DNA from: Lama guanicoe
Taxonomy: Eukaryota
DNA: 64,000 bases
NCBI GenBank assembly: GCA_013239625.1
Contig: MU053758.1
Span: forward strand, 1,116,001-1,180,000
Reading direction: 5' to 3'
The notes under the pieces are model-generated. The model was not told the DNA's origin and did no database searches. It saw only the letters and a program-made list of their open reading frames with translations. Shown piece by piece: positions 12,889 to 26,136 of this stretch. The position numbers and the translations under genes were made by a program. The stretch's first letter is position 1. The number at the start of each line of letters is the position of its first letter.

Positions 12889-13551
12889 CTGGAAATGAAA
12901 GAGAATCCACAGGTAGCCATCAAGACGGGAAAGAGGATGATCCAGCGTACAGGGGGAAGGCGGGGAGTCTGCACTGCACGATGCACTCACTGTAACATCT
13001 CATTTAAATCCTCAAAGGAAGGCCTTCTGTTACAGGTGTGGAGACAGGCTCAGAGAGGTTAAATAACATGCCCAAGTTCACACAGTAAACGGTAGAGCTG
13101 CGTCAGATGGCCTCCAAAGTGAGCCCTGCCCTTTCTCTCACCCATAGATTTTCAAGTCCTCCGAAATGCACGTCTGGCTGTATTGGACTGAGGGAGGGCC
13201 ACTCATTTTGGATGCATTAGTTGAACGCATATGAGGAGCCAACTCTGTACTCGACACCCGGAGAGCTGCGAGGGGTAAAACAGAGATACCACAGGTGCAG
13301 CCGCTGCCCCCACAGAGCTTACTGTTTAGCAGCGGACACAGGCATTAATCATAATCCCATCAAGACACGCACAGTTAGGAACTAAAAAAATGGCAGAAAG
13401 GAAAGTGACAAGTTATAATGACAGCAAACAGTTCCAGGGACTGACTCAGCACGGGAGTCCAGAAGGCTCTGCTGAGAAGGTAGCATGGGGGCTGAGACCC
13501 GAAGGCACAGGCGCTATTTAGGTAGACAGATGGCAGAGGTGGGGGTGGTTA

Positions 13552-13848
<297 letters not shown>

Positions 13849-14114
13849 TCAGAGCCCATTGCAATGTTCCTGTTACCGCCCCTCCTCACAGGATGCCTGT
13901 GTACCCTCTACCTGCGCCCCCTTATTCTGCACTGTCTGGGCACTCAGGCTACCCATTCCCACCTTCCTAGTATTTTAACTATGTCCTCAGTACATGTCTC
14001 ATTAGAAAGTGAATTATGACAAAGTTGTGAAATAAAGGTTCATATCCCTAAAAAAAAAATTCCCACTGAGGATTTGTCCTGGGGGTACAAGTATGACACG
14101 ACTGCCTAGGGCCC

Positions 14115-14503
14115 TATTATGAGCTGAGCTGGGTCCCCCTAAAATCAGTTTTGAAGCCTCTACCCCCAGTGTGACTGTATTTGGAGATAGGGCTTTTAGG
14201 GAGCTAATTAAGGTTAAATGAGGTAATAAAGGTGGGACTCTAATCTAGTAGGACTAGTGTCCTTATAAGAGGGGGAAGAGACACCAGAGAGCTCTTCCCT
14301 GCACACACAAAGGGAAGGCCATGTGAGGACACAACAAAAAGGTGGCCATCTGTAAGCCCAGAAGAGATGCCTCACTAGAAACCAACTCTGACAGCACCTT
14401 GATCTTGGACTTACAGCCTCTGGAACTGTCAGAAAATACATTTCTGTTGTTCAAGCCATTCAGTCTGTGGTATTTTGTTATGGCAGCCCAAGCAAACTAA
14501 CCA
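14115..14503 (+). mobile_element. MaLR solo LTR (MLT1A/B-like) in PNPO intron 2
   Basis: Typical MLT1 blocks (gtgactgtatttggagataggg, aaggttaaatgagg, gcaccttgatcttggactt, gtggtattttgttatggcagccc); near-TSD GGCCC/GGCTC. Confidence 0.85.
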
Positions 14504-15101
14504 GGCTCAAAGGGCAAGTGACCAACAATAACGCAATCAGCCAATGCTTAGGGGTCACAGAAGGTGCAGTTACAACAGGCCTTCTGCTCAAAGCACTGGG
14601 GAATGTCCAGGGGCACAGGACAAGAGTCTTGTCTTCAAGGCCTTATGCTCTAGTGAGGGGTCAGGGGGACAAGAAGAATTGAATAAGAGGCTAATATAAG
14701 AGATGTCTCAAGGGGTTTATGATTGGTTGTCAACTGAATGATGTGCTAGATTTCAAGAGAGTGAGACAGCTTTATGGAAAGGTTCCAGGAGATCTATCTC
14801 TTAAAGAGCAGATAGGGATTGTAGAAATGGGGAGATGAGGGAGACAATGGTGTGGGGGGGGTATGCATCAAGGACAGAGATGATTGAGGCACTACATTTT
14901 ATCACTGAAATGGAACTGAGTGAAGTCTGGTCTTTGGTTTACAGGTAAGGATACTGAGGCCCAGAGAGGACAAGTAACTTACCTAAGGCCACACAGCATG
15001 TTAATAATAGAGCTAGAATCATAAAGTTGTCATTCATCAAACTGGGAGCTTCCTAAGTTCCCTACTTCATCTGTACCTACCCACAGAAGGGGCCACAGCT
15101 A

Positions 15102-15254
<153 letters not shown>

Positions 15255-15929
15255 TCATTTAGTAAATACATATAGTGCTTACTGTGTATGTAGTACTGTT
15301 CTAGACCCATTTCAAATATTAACTCATTTAGTCCTCATAACAATGATCTCATAACAAAAAACAGTACCCAGCAAGTAGGTTTTGTTAGCCTCATCTTGTA
15401 GGTGAGGAAACAGGCATAAAAAGGTGGATAAGTTGCCAGGTCCCACAGCTAGTGATGGACAAATTAGAGTTTCATGTCATGGGTGTCAAACCTATCACCT
15501 GGAGAGCCAAAGGAAAAAAAAAAAAACCCAACAGATTCCTAGGCTCCACCCTGGAAATTCTCATTCAGTAGGTCTGAGATTTAAGAAAAAACTGCATGTT
15601 TAATAAGCATTTCTGGAAATGCTCACACAGATTTGGTTAGCCAGATTCTGGGCCCCAATTCCAAAATATTTCTCTTAGTTTCTCTCCTCAGGAGGAAAAG
15701 TAGTATGTGGGGGACTGAAGGCAGTAAGAGCCAAGAGCTGTCTCCTCCCCTCCTGCGTTAGTCCTCCTCCCCGACGTGTTATTTATTTATCAAACATTAT
15801 AAGCTGATTGTCACTGTTCTAGGCACTTCACAAATATCAAAGTCCATAACATCTCCGTGAGGGCTGTACTATCCGTTCACAGGTGAGGAAACTAAGGCCC
15901 AGAAAGGTGAGTAAGCCGCCCAAGGATTG

Positions 15930-16770
15930 CGAGCAGCCACCGGCAGGATTCCACATAGACCGGCCCCCTTCCCGAGTGCGCGCCCTGGCCCCCTACGACA
16001 AGCTACCTCTAGAGTCCATCTTCATCCTCATTTCCTCAGAACCCCTCCCCCATTGATTGTCTTTAAACTCCCCTTCTCCCACGGAGGTGACCCCAAGCGC
16101 CACGGGATGTACCAGAAACCTCGGAGTAGGGGTTCCTCCCACTATCTTCCCCCCGGAGATGAAGGGTCCCCTGTGCCCTGCCCCTGCGGAGGCCCTGCCG
16201 AGCGGTGGCACCTCTCGGTCCCCGAGGTAATTCTTGCGCATCGGTCCCAGGTCCATGACAGCACCGCGGCTGCACAGGTAACGGAGGTAGCCGGGCCACA
16301 CAGCGGGTCGCCGGAACGTCACGATGACGCCCCGGAGCACGCACGTCATGGGGCCGCCGGCCACGTGACCCGGCGTCGCTCCGCTCTGGGTTCGGTTGGG
16401 TTCGGAACCAGTTTCTCAGCCGGGGAATCTACCCGGGCAAGGAAGAGTTTACCAGTCACCAAGCCAGGCCAATACCTAAGTCTTCGGAGCCAATGGGAGC
16501 CCGGGGTCAGTGGAGGGAGCCAGGCACGGAGAGGCCATTGGTCAGAGTTTTCCCGGAGCGAAGCCAATTAGAGCGAGAACGGAGGAATCCGGCAGCCAAT
16601 GGGTGGCGCCTCCGGGGGCGGGAGCAGAGAGACAAGGAAATGCTGTCACCGCCGTTAACACGCACGTGGAGGTTTGTTAAAGGTATAAGGATTGCAGCAG
16701 CCCAGGCGGGGGGCAGGGGATGAGCCGCTGGGGGCTTGAGGGGAGCGGTCACTGTTAAGTGGCCGGTCCC
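15930..16770. promoter_or_regulatory. PNPO CpG-island promoter with five CCAAT boxes and two CACGTG E-boxes; likely bidirectional
   Basis: High CpG density; CCAAT at 16469, 16490, 16564, 16596 and ATTGG at 16537; CACGTG at 16362 and 16663. Confidence 0.85.
16212..16349 (-). CDS. PNPO: PNPO exon 1 coding part
   Basis: [46 protein letters not shown], 138 nt, donor GAG|GTGCCA. The seven exons sum to 786 nt = 261 aa + stop. Confidence 0.95.
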
Positions 16771-18721
16771 TAGTAGGTACCTGAAGGCCAGTTTAGTGCA
16801 GGAAGTACCCCCTCAGGGAGGCTGGTGGCCTGGAAAGGACAAATGGAAAATGGAATTAGGGGCCAGACTGAGGCAAGGTGATGTGGAGATACAGGAAGGG
16901 GTGATCTGGTGGGGGAAGAAATTGGGGTTTGAGAGTAGGAGAGATTGAAATGATTTGTGGAACTCCTGGACAGGTGCTGTGGTGTGTGTGTGAGTGTGGG
17001 GAGGTACTCTGGATCTGAGGAAGTGCAGGAAAAGACTATGCGGTGAAAAGGCAGATGGCTGAAAGGGAAGGGGAAGAGGGAAATTTGGCCATCCCAGAGC
17101 AGAACTGTCTTCCTCTTCCAGCTCTGAACCTCTTCTCTCCAGCCTCATATCTTTAACTCTGGTCAGAGCATGCTGATCCATTTCCTCATGGTTTCCCCTT
17201 TTGTGGTTGCAGTGGAGTTCACACTAGCCAGTGTTCTGGAAGATGGGATGATTGCCCTCCAGGGCCACCCCCATCTTTGCCAAGTTTCCCCTTTTTCACA
17301 TTTTGCCCTTTCTGGGTAGTTGGAGTCTAATTCCCAGGTCAGTGTCAGCCATAGCAGAGGGCAGAGGGGAGCAGGTGGCTGGGCAAAGCCACTTCCAGGC
17401 TGTGGACTCAGGGCTGAGAAATAGGACACCTGCCAGTGCCCATTCCAGCTTTGACCTGGTTGGGGCTGCCTTGGGTCAAGGCCTCTCTATAGTCCTGATT
17501 TCCGCCAACAGCAGGAAGGAGAGCTGCAAGAGCCACCTAGGCAGGCACCCCAGGACTGTGCCAGGTAAGGGGAACTTCCTGTCCTGCCCAGGTGTCTGCA
17601 TTACAGCTAAGCTTCATAAAGCCCTACATTAGATACCTATCATCCTTTGTTATGTGCATGTAGCTTGAGCCAAATAGAATCTGAAAGACAAATTTGTTGC
17701 AAAGAAATAATACACATCTCAAGGCTTAATCATGTTGATCTATGGATTCTCCACTGGCTGGAATTTTTTGTGTTGCTATCATTTTTCTCCATCAACACGA
17801 CTGAGAGAGAGTTAACAGGACTTTTTGAGGTTGTCTTTCCACACATGAACATTGCTCCCCTCCTCCAAGTCCCTTACACTTGAACTTGGGTGAGGAGTAA
17901 TTGTGCCCTTCAGCTCAGACAGTTTTGTTCATGGGACCACACTCTTAGCACTGCTGGACTATGCTACCCTGGACCCAAGATTCTAGGGCACCAAGACTAG
18001 GATCATTTGAATGGTTTGCTTAAAAGCCAAGAGCCAGTATAGCAGGGATAGACATTTGTTAAAGATTTAGACCAGGCACTGAGCTAGGTCTGAGAATACA
18101 AAGATGAAGATGACATGGTTCCTGTGCACAGGAGCTTACAGTCTATAGGAGGAGGCAGATCTGTAAGCTAGGAAGTTACAGGAACATTAACAGACGTTTT
18201 TGCAAGGTAAAGGGGAGCAGAAAGGAGGAACCGGTTTCCAGGATTCACATAGTCAGGAAAGGCTTCTTAAAGGGAGCAGATGAATTCGTCTTAATGAGTA
18301 AGTATTCTCCAGATGGACAATGGAACAGTCACGCCAGGAGGAGGGAACAACTCAGTGTGATTCTCTGGAGTGAGATACTGCTGGCCTGTGAGAAAACAGC
18401 CCAGACATGTAGGAGGGGCTCGGTGTCTGCTGAAGATCAGCAGGTGGTGAGGGCCAGGCTTTTAGGCAACTATTCTAAGTTTTTATCCTGTGTTGCAGTC
18501 GAAACATAGTGTCTAATTCCTGGTTTTTTAAGGGTGGATAGAGAGAAAAAGTGCTAGATTCGGACAACCTCTTCCATCTTTGGCAATCAGTGAGGAAATT
18601 TGCAACTGGTATTCCCCCTTCGTCTTAAAGATAATAAGTAGGCTGTGTTGTGCTTTTCTAGCTAGTGGGATTTGGTGTCTAGATCACAAAGCGGCCCCGC
18701 AGTGCCAGCAAGAGGAGGGAA

Positions 18722-18752
18722 CACGCCCTCTGGTTGTGCTGCGGCTACTGCA
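18722..18752 (-). promoter_or_regulatory. Candidate CTCF site
   Basis: Minus strand reads TGCAGTAGCCGCAGCACAACCAGAGGGCGTG: a core close to CCASYAGRKGGC plus a TGCAG upstream-like motif. Confidence 0.5.
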
Positions 18753-19057
18753 GCAACCCCGGCAAGGGGTTTGTCTGCGTGGGAGAAATGAATTTTACAT
18801 TTTACATTTACTTCTTACACGCTTTGCCCACCCCACCACCTCCCAACTTTGTAAAATTACTAATCTTTCCTTGAGAGTCTTCAATGAATAGAAGCTATAT
18901 TGCAATACTGCATTGTACAGAGAGGCACCCCAGTTTCTCAAAATGCAACAAAAGGCTGTGTGTGCGTTTAGGGAATATGCCTGTCCTGTTCTCTTCTTTT
19001 TTTTTTTCCCCATATTTCATATCATGATTCCTTCATCTATTCTATTCTCTCTCTCTC

Positions 19058-19250
19058 TCTTTTTTACATTTAAAGTATTTATATTGAAGTATAGTCAGTT
19101 TACAATGTTGTGTCAATTTCTGGTGTACAGCACAATGCTTCAGCTATATAGGAACATACATATATTCATTTTCATATTCTTTTTCACCATAAGTCACTAC
19201 AAGATACTGAATATAGTTCCCTGTGCTGTGCAGTGCCAACTTGTTTGGTC
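19058..19250 (-). mobile_element. Cetartiodactyl-type L1 3' fragment
   Basis: tattgaagtatagtcagtttacaatgttgtgtcaatttctggtgtacagca...gaatatagttccctgtgct. Confidence 0.85.
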
Positions 19251-20943
19251 TGTTCTCTTCTAATGCCTTTGCATTTATGTTCTTAAGTCACCTTTTAAGC
19301 TGATTGTTTGATTGATATATTTCAATTATATCATAGTGATTGGATTTGTGTTTTGGGATGTGGCTCTGGTGACCAGGTGGATGAAGGGGAAGGAGGGCGA
19401 GGCATTGGCAGGGAGACGTTGGACGACGCTGCGGGCTTGTCTAAGTGGGAGCTGGGAGCAGACAGCCTGATGCCTGAGTTTGGGGCATGTGGGGTGGAGA
19501 GGAGGGATTTGATTCACCAGGATGGCTTTAGGGGAGTGCGTGGTGCTGTTCTTTGAAGTGGGGGTGTGTTGGAGGAGGAGGCTTAAGGGAAAGATGAAGT
19601 CTCCATCAGACCTGACTGAGGATTTATGGGATAACCAAGTTTGATTGGGTTTGAAAAGCACTTCTCGAGCTGGGGGAGTGGTCTGGGCTGATGAGATGGT
19701 TTAGGTGTCACTGGAAGCCACGGGGGAGGATGAGAATGTCTGGGAAGGGAAGAGGGCCTGGGAGAGTGGCAGTGCTGCCCCTGCAGTGCAGCACCCAGCT
19801 TTCCAGGGGGCTGACGGCAGGTGGAAGGGGTGTGCTGGGGGCCCAAATCTCAGGAATTCTTGGGCCCAGCCTTGGACAAACTCAGCTTAGAACCTCAGGA
19901 TGCACAGATGGGTGGGTACCTGGTCCCCTACCAGCAGATGCCTGAGCCCTGAGTATGGCTATAAGGGGACCCAGAGGGAGAAGCAGAGGCTGACCCTTAC
20001 CCAAGTGTCCTGCTTGTGGTCGTGTGGTCAACCCCTCACACGATCCTTTGTATGTGTTCACAGATTGCTTCTCAAATATGTCTCGTCGTTTTCATATATG
20101 TTCCCCATTAGAAGCGCCTTCGTGGGAGGAACTACTTAGTTTCTCTGGCTTCTCAAAATTCCAGCTAGGAAATTCTCGTCTGAGATGTTTATGCATAAAC
20201 TGCTTTTCTTAAGCTTCTCTGTACCTGGTGAGTGGGGCTCAGGGTTTTTGTCACCTGGTGGGAGCAGGCTGGCCGGAGGGATGTTAGGCTTTCCAAGGCT
20301 GAATGAGCTACTAGAGCATCAGTCTTAGTCCTGGCACTGGCTAATCAGAGAGTGGGCCACCGGCAGAAGGAGGAGGCCTGATGGGTTCTCAGATGACCCA
20401 AAGGATATGACCTGGCGGCTGCTTTGCTGCATTTGAGAAATTCGGGTTGATCCGTTTGGCCTGACCTGTGGTCATTTTTCATTTCCTCTTGCCCAAGATC
20501 CCTATGAACAGGTATTCGATGTTCCTCTCCAAGTCCTGATTCTTTGCCTCCCCCTCCATGCTTTGCTTTCTCTTCACCCACACCTCTGTTCTTTAGTCCA
20601 TCCTCCCAGGCTCACGTCCTGTGCATTACTCCCTGAGGACCCCTTCACTAGGAAATCTAGCTGTCACCTGTCCTGAGATTATTGCAGTTCCTTTAGTAGC
20701 TTCATCCCAGCCCCAAAGACCTTGGTCAGGTCACAAGAGGTCTCTGTCCCAAGGCAGTGTCTGACCCCCAAGTTAGGTTCCCTAGGCTCCACCACCCCGG
20801 AGACCTCAGCCACATTCCATCAGCCACAAGCCCCTCATGGGTCCAGGGGCCTGAGATGCTGCGGGTGCTTTCCATCATTAAACTCAAGTGTGGGGCCTCA
20901 AAGGGCCCTCCAAATGTGATTGTCAAGGTGGACTAAGCAGTTT

Positions 20944-21361
20944 TGTTACTGAGTCCAAACTCGTTCTGCTCGCCACACGACAGGCTAGTAAATCAGGAGA
21001 GGAGGTATTGAGGCAAGGAGTAGTGACTTTATTCAGAAAGTGGGCAGACCAAGAGGATGGAGAAGCATCCTCAGAATACAGTCAGAATACAGGCTCCTTT
21101 TATAGAAAAAATAGGGGAGGGGGTGTGGTTGATTGTTGCAAACTTCTTGGTGTAGGAATTCTGTACTTGCAGCTGTCCACGTGGGCCAGCTCATGGTGCT
21201 CCTGTAAAACCACCAATGAAACAAATGTTATTCTCTATTCTGCAATTTGTTATCTTTATATGAGTGCAGAGCTAGCAAGACTAAGCCTAGAAAACAGGGG
21301 ACACGATTAAAGCCAAAGGAACAGATCTAATACGCAGTCAGATCTGTTCTTTTCTATTACA
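20944..21361 (-). mobile_element. ERV1-type solo LTR, 418 bp
   Basis: TG...CA ends; perfect 4-bp TSD GTTT (20940-43 / 21362-65); minus-strand TATAAAA (21098-21104) and AATAAA (21028-33). Confidence 0.8.
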
Positions 21362-23567
21362 GTTTGAAGGAAGGCTGAGCTTTATTTTCTAGTTAAGGGA
21401 GAAAAAAAGTACTTTGCCTGGAAGTGCCTTCAGGAGAGGGGGATCTTCCTCAGCCTCCTTTTCTTTCAGGTTTGTAATCCTAGTATCTGGGATGGATGAG
21501 TCGCATCTTTGAGCATCACTGAGCAGATAGGAGGGGGTGGTGAGGGAGATGACCTTGGTGTACAGGACCCTGGAGAGGGAGGGGTGGGAGAAGGGAACTC
21601 TGGCTTTGTGGTTCCTACTCTGGAGCTGCTGGGGTGGCCTGCCCCAGGCTTTCAACCAGGGCCGACCAGGTGTCCTGGGGAGACCTCTGGCCTTGGGTGA
21701 GTTTGGGCTGCATCACACTGTCAACAGTCCCTGCCCCCTGCAACTCTCAAGTAAATAAAAGATGGATTAAAGCAGATGAGGGTTAATTTGCCAAAAGGTC
21801 TCTCCATTCTTTCGTGCAAGGCACAATACATTCTCCCACTCCCTTTCTAACTCAGGCACCCCCGGGGAGGCAGAGATGGTCAGGCATAACCTTTGAAGCC
21901 GTGTGTCTCACTGGAGAAGGGAAATCCCGAGTGCCAGCATACTGTCCTGCCTGCTGGGGTCTGGCATCTCATTTCCAAAGGATGCCAAAGAGTCAGGTCA
22001 GTTTCTGCACTTGAAGCATAAAGCACATGACTTAGAATCAGCTCCCAGCAAAGGACAGTTCTTTGCTCCTGGGAGCAAAGCCAGTCAGGAACATGTGGCA
22101 GGAAGAGGTCAGTTGTTAATATTCCCTCCTCTCCACCAATCCCGATCCAGAACACAGCAAGACAGTGTTCTAGCCACACAATTCATGCATGAAGAGTGGC
22201 TAAATATACCCGTCTTCCTCCTCCTGCCAGTGCAGCACTGAGATGTAGGGCTGCTGGGCTAGTTAAGAGACTTCCATGTCAGGGTAGATTCAGTAGTTGG
22301 TCTGGTATCACCCAAAGGGCTTAAATATGGCTAGGACGGGTCTCCTTGCCTGTTAACAAAGAAGTATTGGGGGCAGAGAACCCATGACCCACCCAAGATC
22401 CATCTCCCTTTTATTTCTTCAGCTGATGTGAGGGTGGACCAGCCCTAAGGAAAAGCTGTTTGCTTGCAAAAACACAGGCGGCTGGTGAGAATGAAACAGA
22501 GTAAGGGGATGGATGGCTCCAGACAAGCCTTGCCACTCCTGCACAGAACAGCCACGCTGGCTGTGTCCTTTTGAGGCTGATTAAGAGGCGGCGTTAGAAG
22601 AAAAGCACACACTGTTCTCTATATGCTTGAGAACAACTCACCTCTCCCTTTAGCCCAGATGCTTGTGGGGCCCCTGCTAGGCTTAAATACAGGTACTGAG
22701 CTAGCTCTAATCTCAACCTGCGTAACATCACAACCCCTGACCTCCTAATAGCTCTGCCCCTCAAAATATCCCTGCCAAAATTTCAAATCTGCAGCACTTG
22801 CTAAAACCACAATCGGCCAGCTACCCTCCCTGGGGTGCTGGGGTGAGGGGAGAGAAGAAAAACCATCTGTGGCCAGGGTTCTCTCTTGAGTAGGGTTGGG
22901 TTCCAGCCTGGCCCTCCACCTTGTACAGGGATCTTGGGAATTGTGATTTCTCCAGACTCTTTACCCCTCTGGAAGTGACTGAGGTGAGATCCCTTTGGAT
23001 TTCTCTCCCAAGCATCTTACTAACAGGCTATGAGGCCTAAGCCCTCCTCCAGGGGTTGGAGAGTTGAATGGAGGAATTCACTTGCCGGTAAGGAAGGCAC
23101 TGCTGTTGACTTGAGTCTATGGGCAGAGTATGCCTGCTTTGATCTGGGCAAAACTGGCTTAGAGAAGAACAAAGCAGGAATGCCTGTACCAGGCCCTGTC
23201 CGCTGAGGTCCCACTCAGGTGCTCTGGGGGCCTGTGCCAACGCCATGAGGTCCATGTGGCTGAGGCCCTTTCAAGCTGTAGCCTGGATTTGCCAAGGTCA
23301 GGAGGGCAAGTGTGAGTTGCTCCAAGAGACCAGGGCTCCCTCCTCTGGAGTCCCGTCTCTGGGCTCTTCAAGGGAAAAGACAAAAGGAAGCTGCACTGCT
23401 ACGTTGCAGACTTTGCCTCAGGCAACTAAATTTATTAGCAAGAAAAAATTTTTGTCAGCCCAGTGCTGACCAACAAAGTACATCGTTAATAAAGGATAAC
23501 AAATCTGTCACTTAATTCATAAAACATACCTCAAGCAGTTACAACTAAAAATAAAGTTGGATTTTTG

Positions 23568-23573
23568 TTTAAT
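23568..23573 (-). terminator. Probable SP2 polyadenylation signal ATTAAA (alternative AATAAA at 23431-23436)
   Basis: TTTAAT on + strand ~1 kb after the SP2 stop, with upstream TGTA repeats and a downstream U-rich tract on the minus strand. Confidence 0.6.
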
Positions 23574-24562
23574 TTAAAAGCCTCAAAAATAACAAGCAAT
23601 ATGTTTTTAAACATGTAGTAGACACAACTGTCTATTATACAATATACACTGTACACAAGTAGAGCTTGGGCTGGCTGGGGTGGGGGAGATGAGGGGGAGA
23701 GGGACGAGGTTCAGGATGGGAAGATGTTTTATCTGAATCCAGATCTGAGTTGAAATGCTGTGTCACTTAGAAAAGAGAACTGCTGAGTGAGAAAAAAATT
23801 CATATGCTCATCATTGCCCCCCAAAACCCTAAAATGAAAGCAGGCATGGGGGAGGTGAGTAACAAAGGACAGAAAGAAGGGAGCAATTAAATAAAATTTC
23901 TTTAAAGCACACACAATACACAGTGTTCATCATCGGAAGTAGAGTATAAGGCAACGTTCTCCATAGAAAAAGGGGGAAATCAGGGAGTCCGTGGGTAGCT
24001 TTCCTTTTTCAATAGAAAGTTGGAATGTGCTGGAGGAGAACTGGCGGGGCTGGGCATGTGGAGTAGAGGCGGCCTCTGGAGCCTCTCCGGAGGTGGGGCT
24101 GGATGCCAGCGGGGCCCTGGGTACAGGGGCGGCCGCAGTGGCTGGTGGGGCCAGGGAGGTGCAGGGGAGGGAGGGGCATGGCACGATGCGACTCCGGCAG
24201 TGTTGGGAGAGGGGAGTTGGGGGGGGCTCACTTTGCTCCTCGACGGAGTGAAATTCATGTTTTTCCTTTGGAAATAAGGGTTCCCACTCGTCCTGGTTTA
24301 GAACGTCTCATTGGGCACGGCCAGTGTCCGCGGTCTGGGCAGGCCGGGAGCTTCTGGTGAGAGGGGGGGCCAGGGCATAGCCAAGGGGCTTCAGAAGGAG
24401 GAGAGTGTGGGGCAGCAGAGCCCCTTCCTGTGGGGACAGTCGCAGAACAGGAGAGGGGGCCAAGGGGGGGCCCATGGCAGCCGTGGGCCTCCTTTCTGCT
24501 AGGGGCCCAGGCAGGACACAGGCGGGGGTCTGCACCTGCGGGGCCTCCCGCCTCAGTTGGCC

Positions 24563-24663
24563 TTACAAGTTCTTCGTGACCAGGTGTGTCTTGTAATGCT
24601 TGGTGAGGTGGTCACTCCTCATGAATCGCTTCTGACACTGGGCACACTCGAAGCGTTTGTCCC
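24563..24663 (-). CDS. SP2: Transcription factor Sp2 exon 7 (zinc finger 3, TAA stop)
   Basis: (G)[32 protein letters not shown], 101 nt. Confidence 0.97.
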
Positions 24664-25399
24664 CTGGGAAGAGGAGATGCCGGTCACTCCCACAGCCCAC
24701 GAGCCCAGACTGTCCCAGCCCCGAAAAAGGAGGCACGTGTGTGAGGGGCACCCGTGAGGCCATGTCATCTGCTCACACGATTGCTCCCCATGGTCTACTG
24801 ATCTGAACCTTTCTCCATTCCCACCCCTGCAAACCCCCCACAGCACTTCCCAGCCCACTCTGTCCATCCCTTGCCCCCCCCCAAACGCCGCACTCCTGTC
24901 CCCGCACCCGGGACGCTTCTGGTGTAGGCTTTCACCTGCTTCTTCTGATCTTTGTCCCTCTGACTCAACGTCCTCCCCATCACACCTGCCAGCCTGAGAA
25001 CTAACTTAGCACGAACCACACCCATGGGGCCAGGTCAGCTGCTCTTTTTACTCTTTAGCCGGCAGGGAGTGGACATGACCTTCCCCGCCATACCAGCCGG
25101 AGCTCTGGGTCTTGTGTCCCCAGGACAAGGGTCTGCTCACTGGGGGCACTGGCCATAGCAGAGCAGTTCCCATAGCATGTGCCGTGGGCCACTGGAGAGG
25201 CCAAGACAATCTCAGGTGGTAGACGGAGGAAGATTTTTCTATTTTATAGTTTTGTATTTATTTGCTAGTACATTAAAGCATTAAACTATGATCTCAAGCC
25301 TGTGATGTCAAAAATAATACTGTATTGGACATCAATGAGTAAAAACAGTGAAATGATTTACGGAAAATCATTTGGTAAATAATAGTAGAAAGGCAATGT

Positions 25400-25625
25400 G
25401 GGACGGTGATTAAGTATGTGAACTTGGGAGCCAGAGGGCCTGGGTTGCACCCAGTACCACCAGTCACTAGCTGTGTGACCTGGCCCCCTCCATGCCTCTG
25501 TAAAATGAGCATAATCAGAGTCCCCTTCCCAGAGAATCGTTATGAGGATTAAATGAGTTAATTGGTAAAACGTGTAGCACAGTGCCCGGCACACAATTGG
25601 CAGGGTTTGTTACGTAAATAACTGT
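25400..25625 (+). repeat. MIR SINE
   Basis: cactagctgtgtgacct..ctgtaaaatgag..gttatgaggattaaatgag..cacagtgcccggcacac. Confidence 0.75.
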
Positions 25626-25942
25626 GGCGATGGCAGAAGTCATCAAGGCTGGGCCATGCAAGCGAGCTCACTTTGGGAGCAGTAAAGGAATGCAATAAAG
25701 GAACGGCCTGAGAGAATTTCCTGGGTAATTCTGCACCCCAAGAAGACAGTCTATAGCTCTTGCTCAGGGAGATAGTTCATTGGCAGGGCCAAGAATCAAT
25801 GTCCTGAGACAGTGGAGTGGGGGTGGCGGAGAGGCTGGGAGCAGACCCGGGTGGGTGCAGGCGCAGGTAGGGGTGGGAGCGAGGAGCAGGCCCATGTGGG
25901 CCAGAGGGTGCTGCAGGGTGCGGCAGGGTCGGGGGAGCAGAC

Positions 25943-26136
25943 CTGTGTGGGTGCGGGCGTGCCGCTGGAGTTCGTCACTCCGCGTGAACCTCTTCCCACA
26001 GAAGAACCAGTTGCAGACAAAGGGCCGCTCTCCGGTGTGCAGGCGCACGTGAGCCCGCAGCAGGGACGTCTTACGGAAAGTCTTGCCGCAGTCGGGGATG
26101 TGGCACACATGCTTCTTCTTGCCCTGTTCTCCGGAC
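25943..26136 (-). CDS. SP2: SP2 exon 6 (zinc fingers 1-2)
   Basis: [64 protein letters not shown], 194 nt; has the Sp2-specific Leu in ZF1 (TSLLRAH). Confidence 0.97.

Noticed and set aside
15927..16571. 214-aa + strand ORF antisense to PNPO exon 1
   Set aside because: CpG-island stop-codon depletion, non-ATG start, no homology recognised
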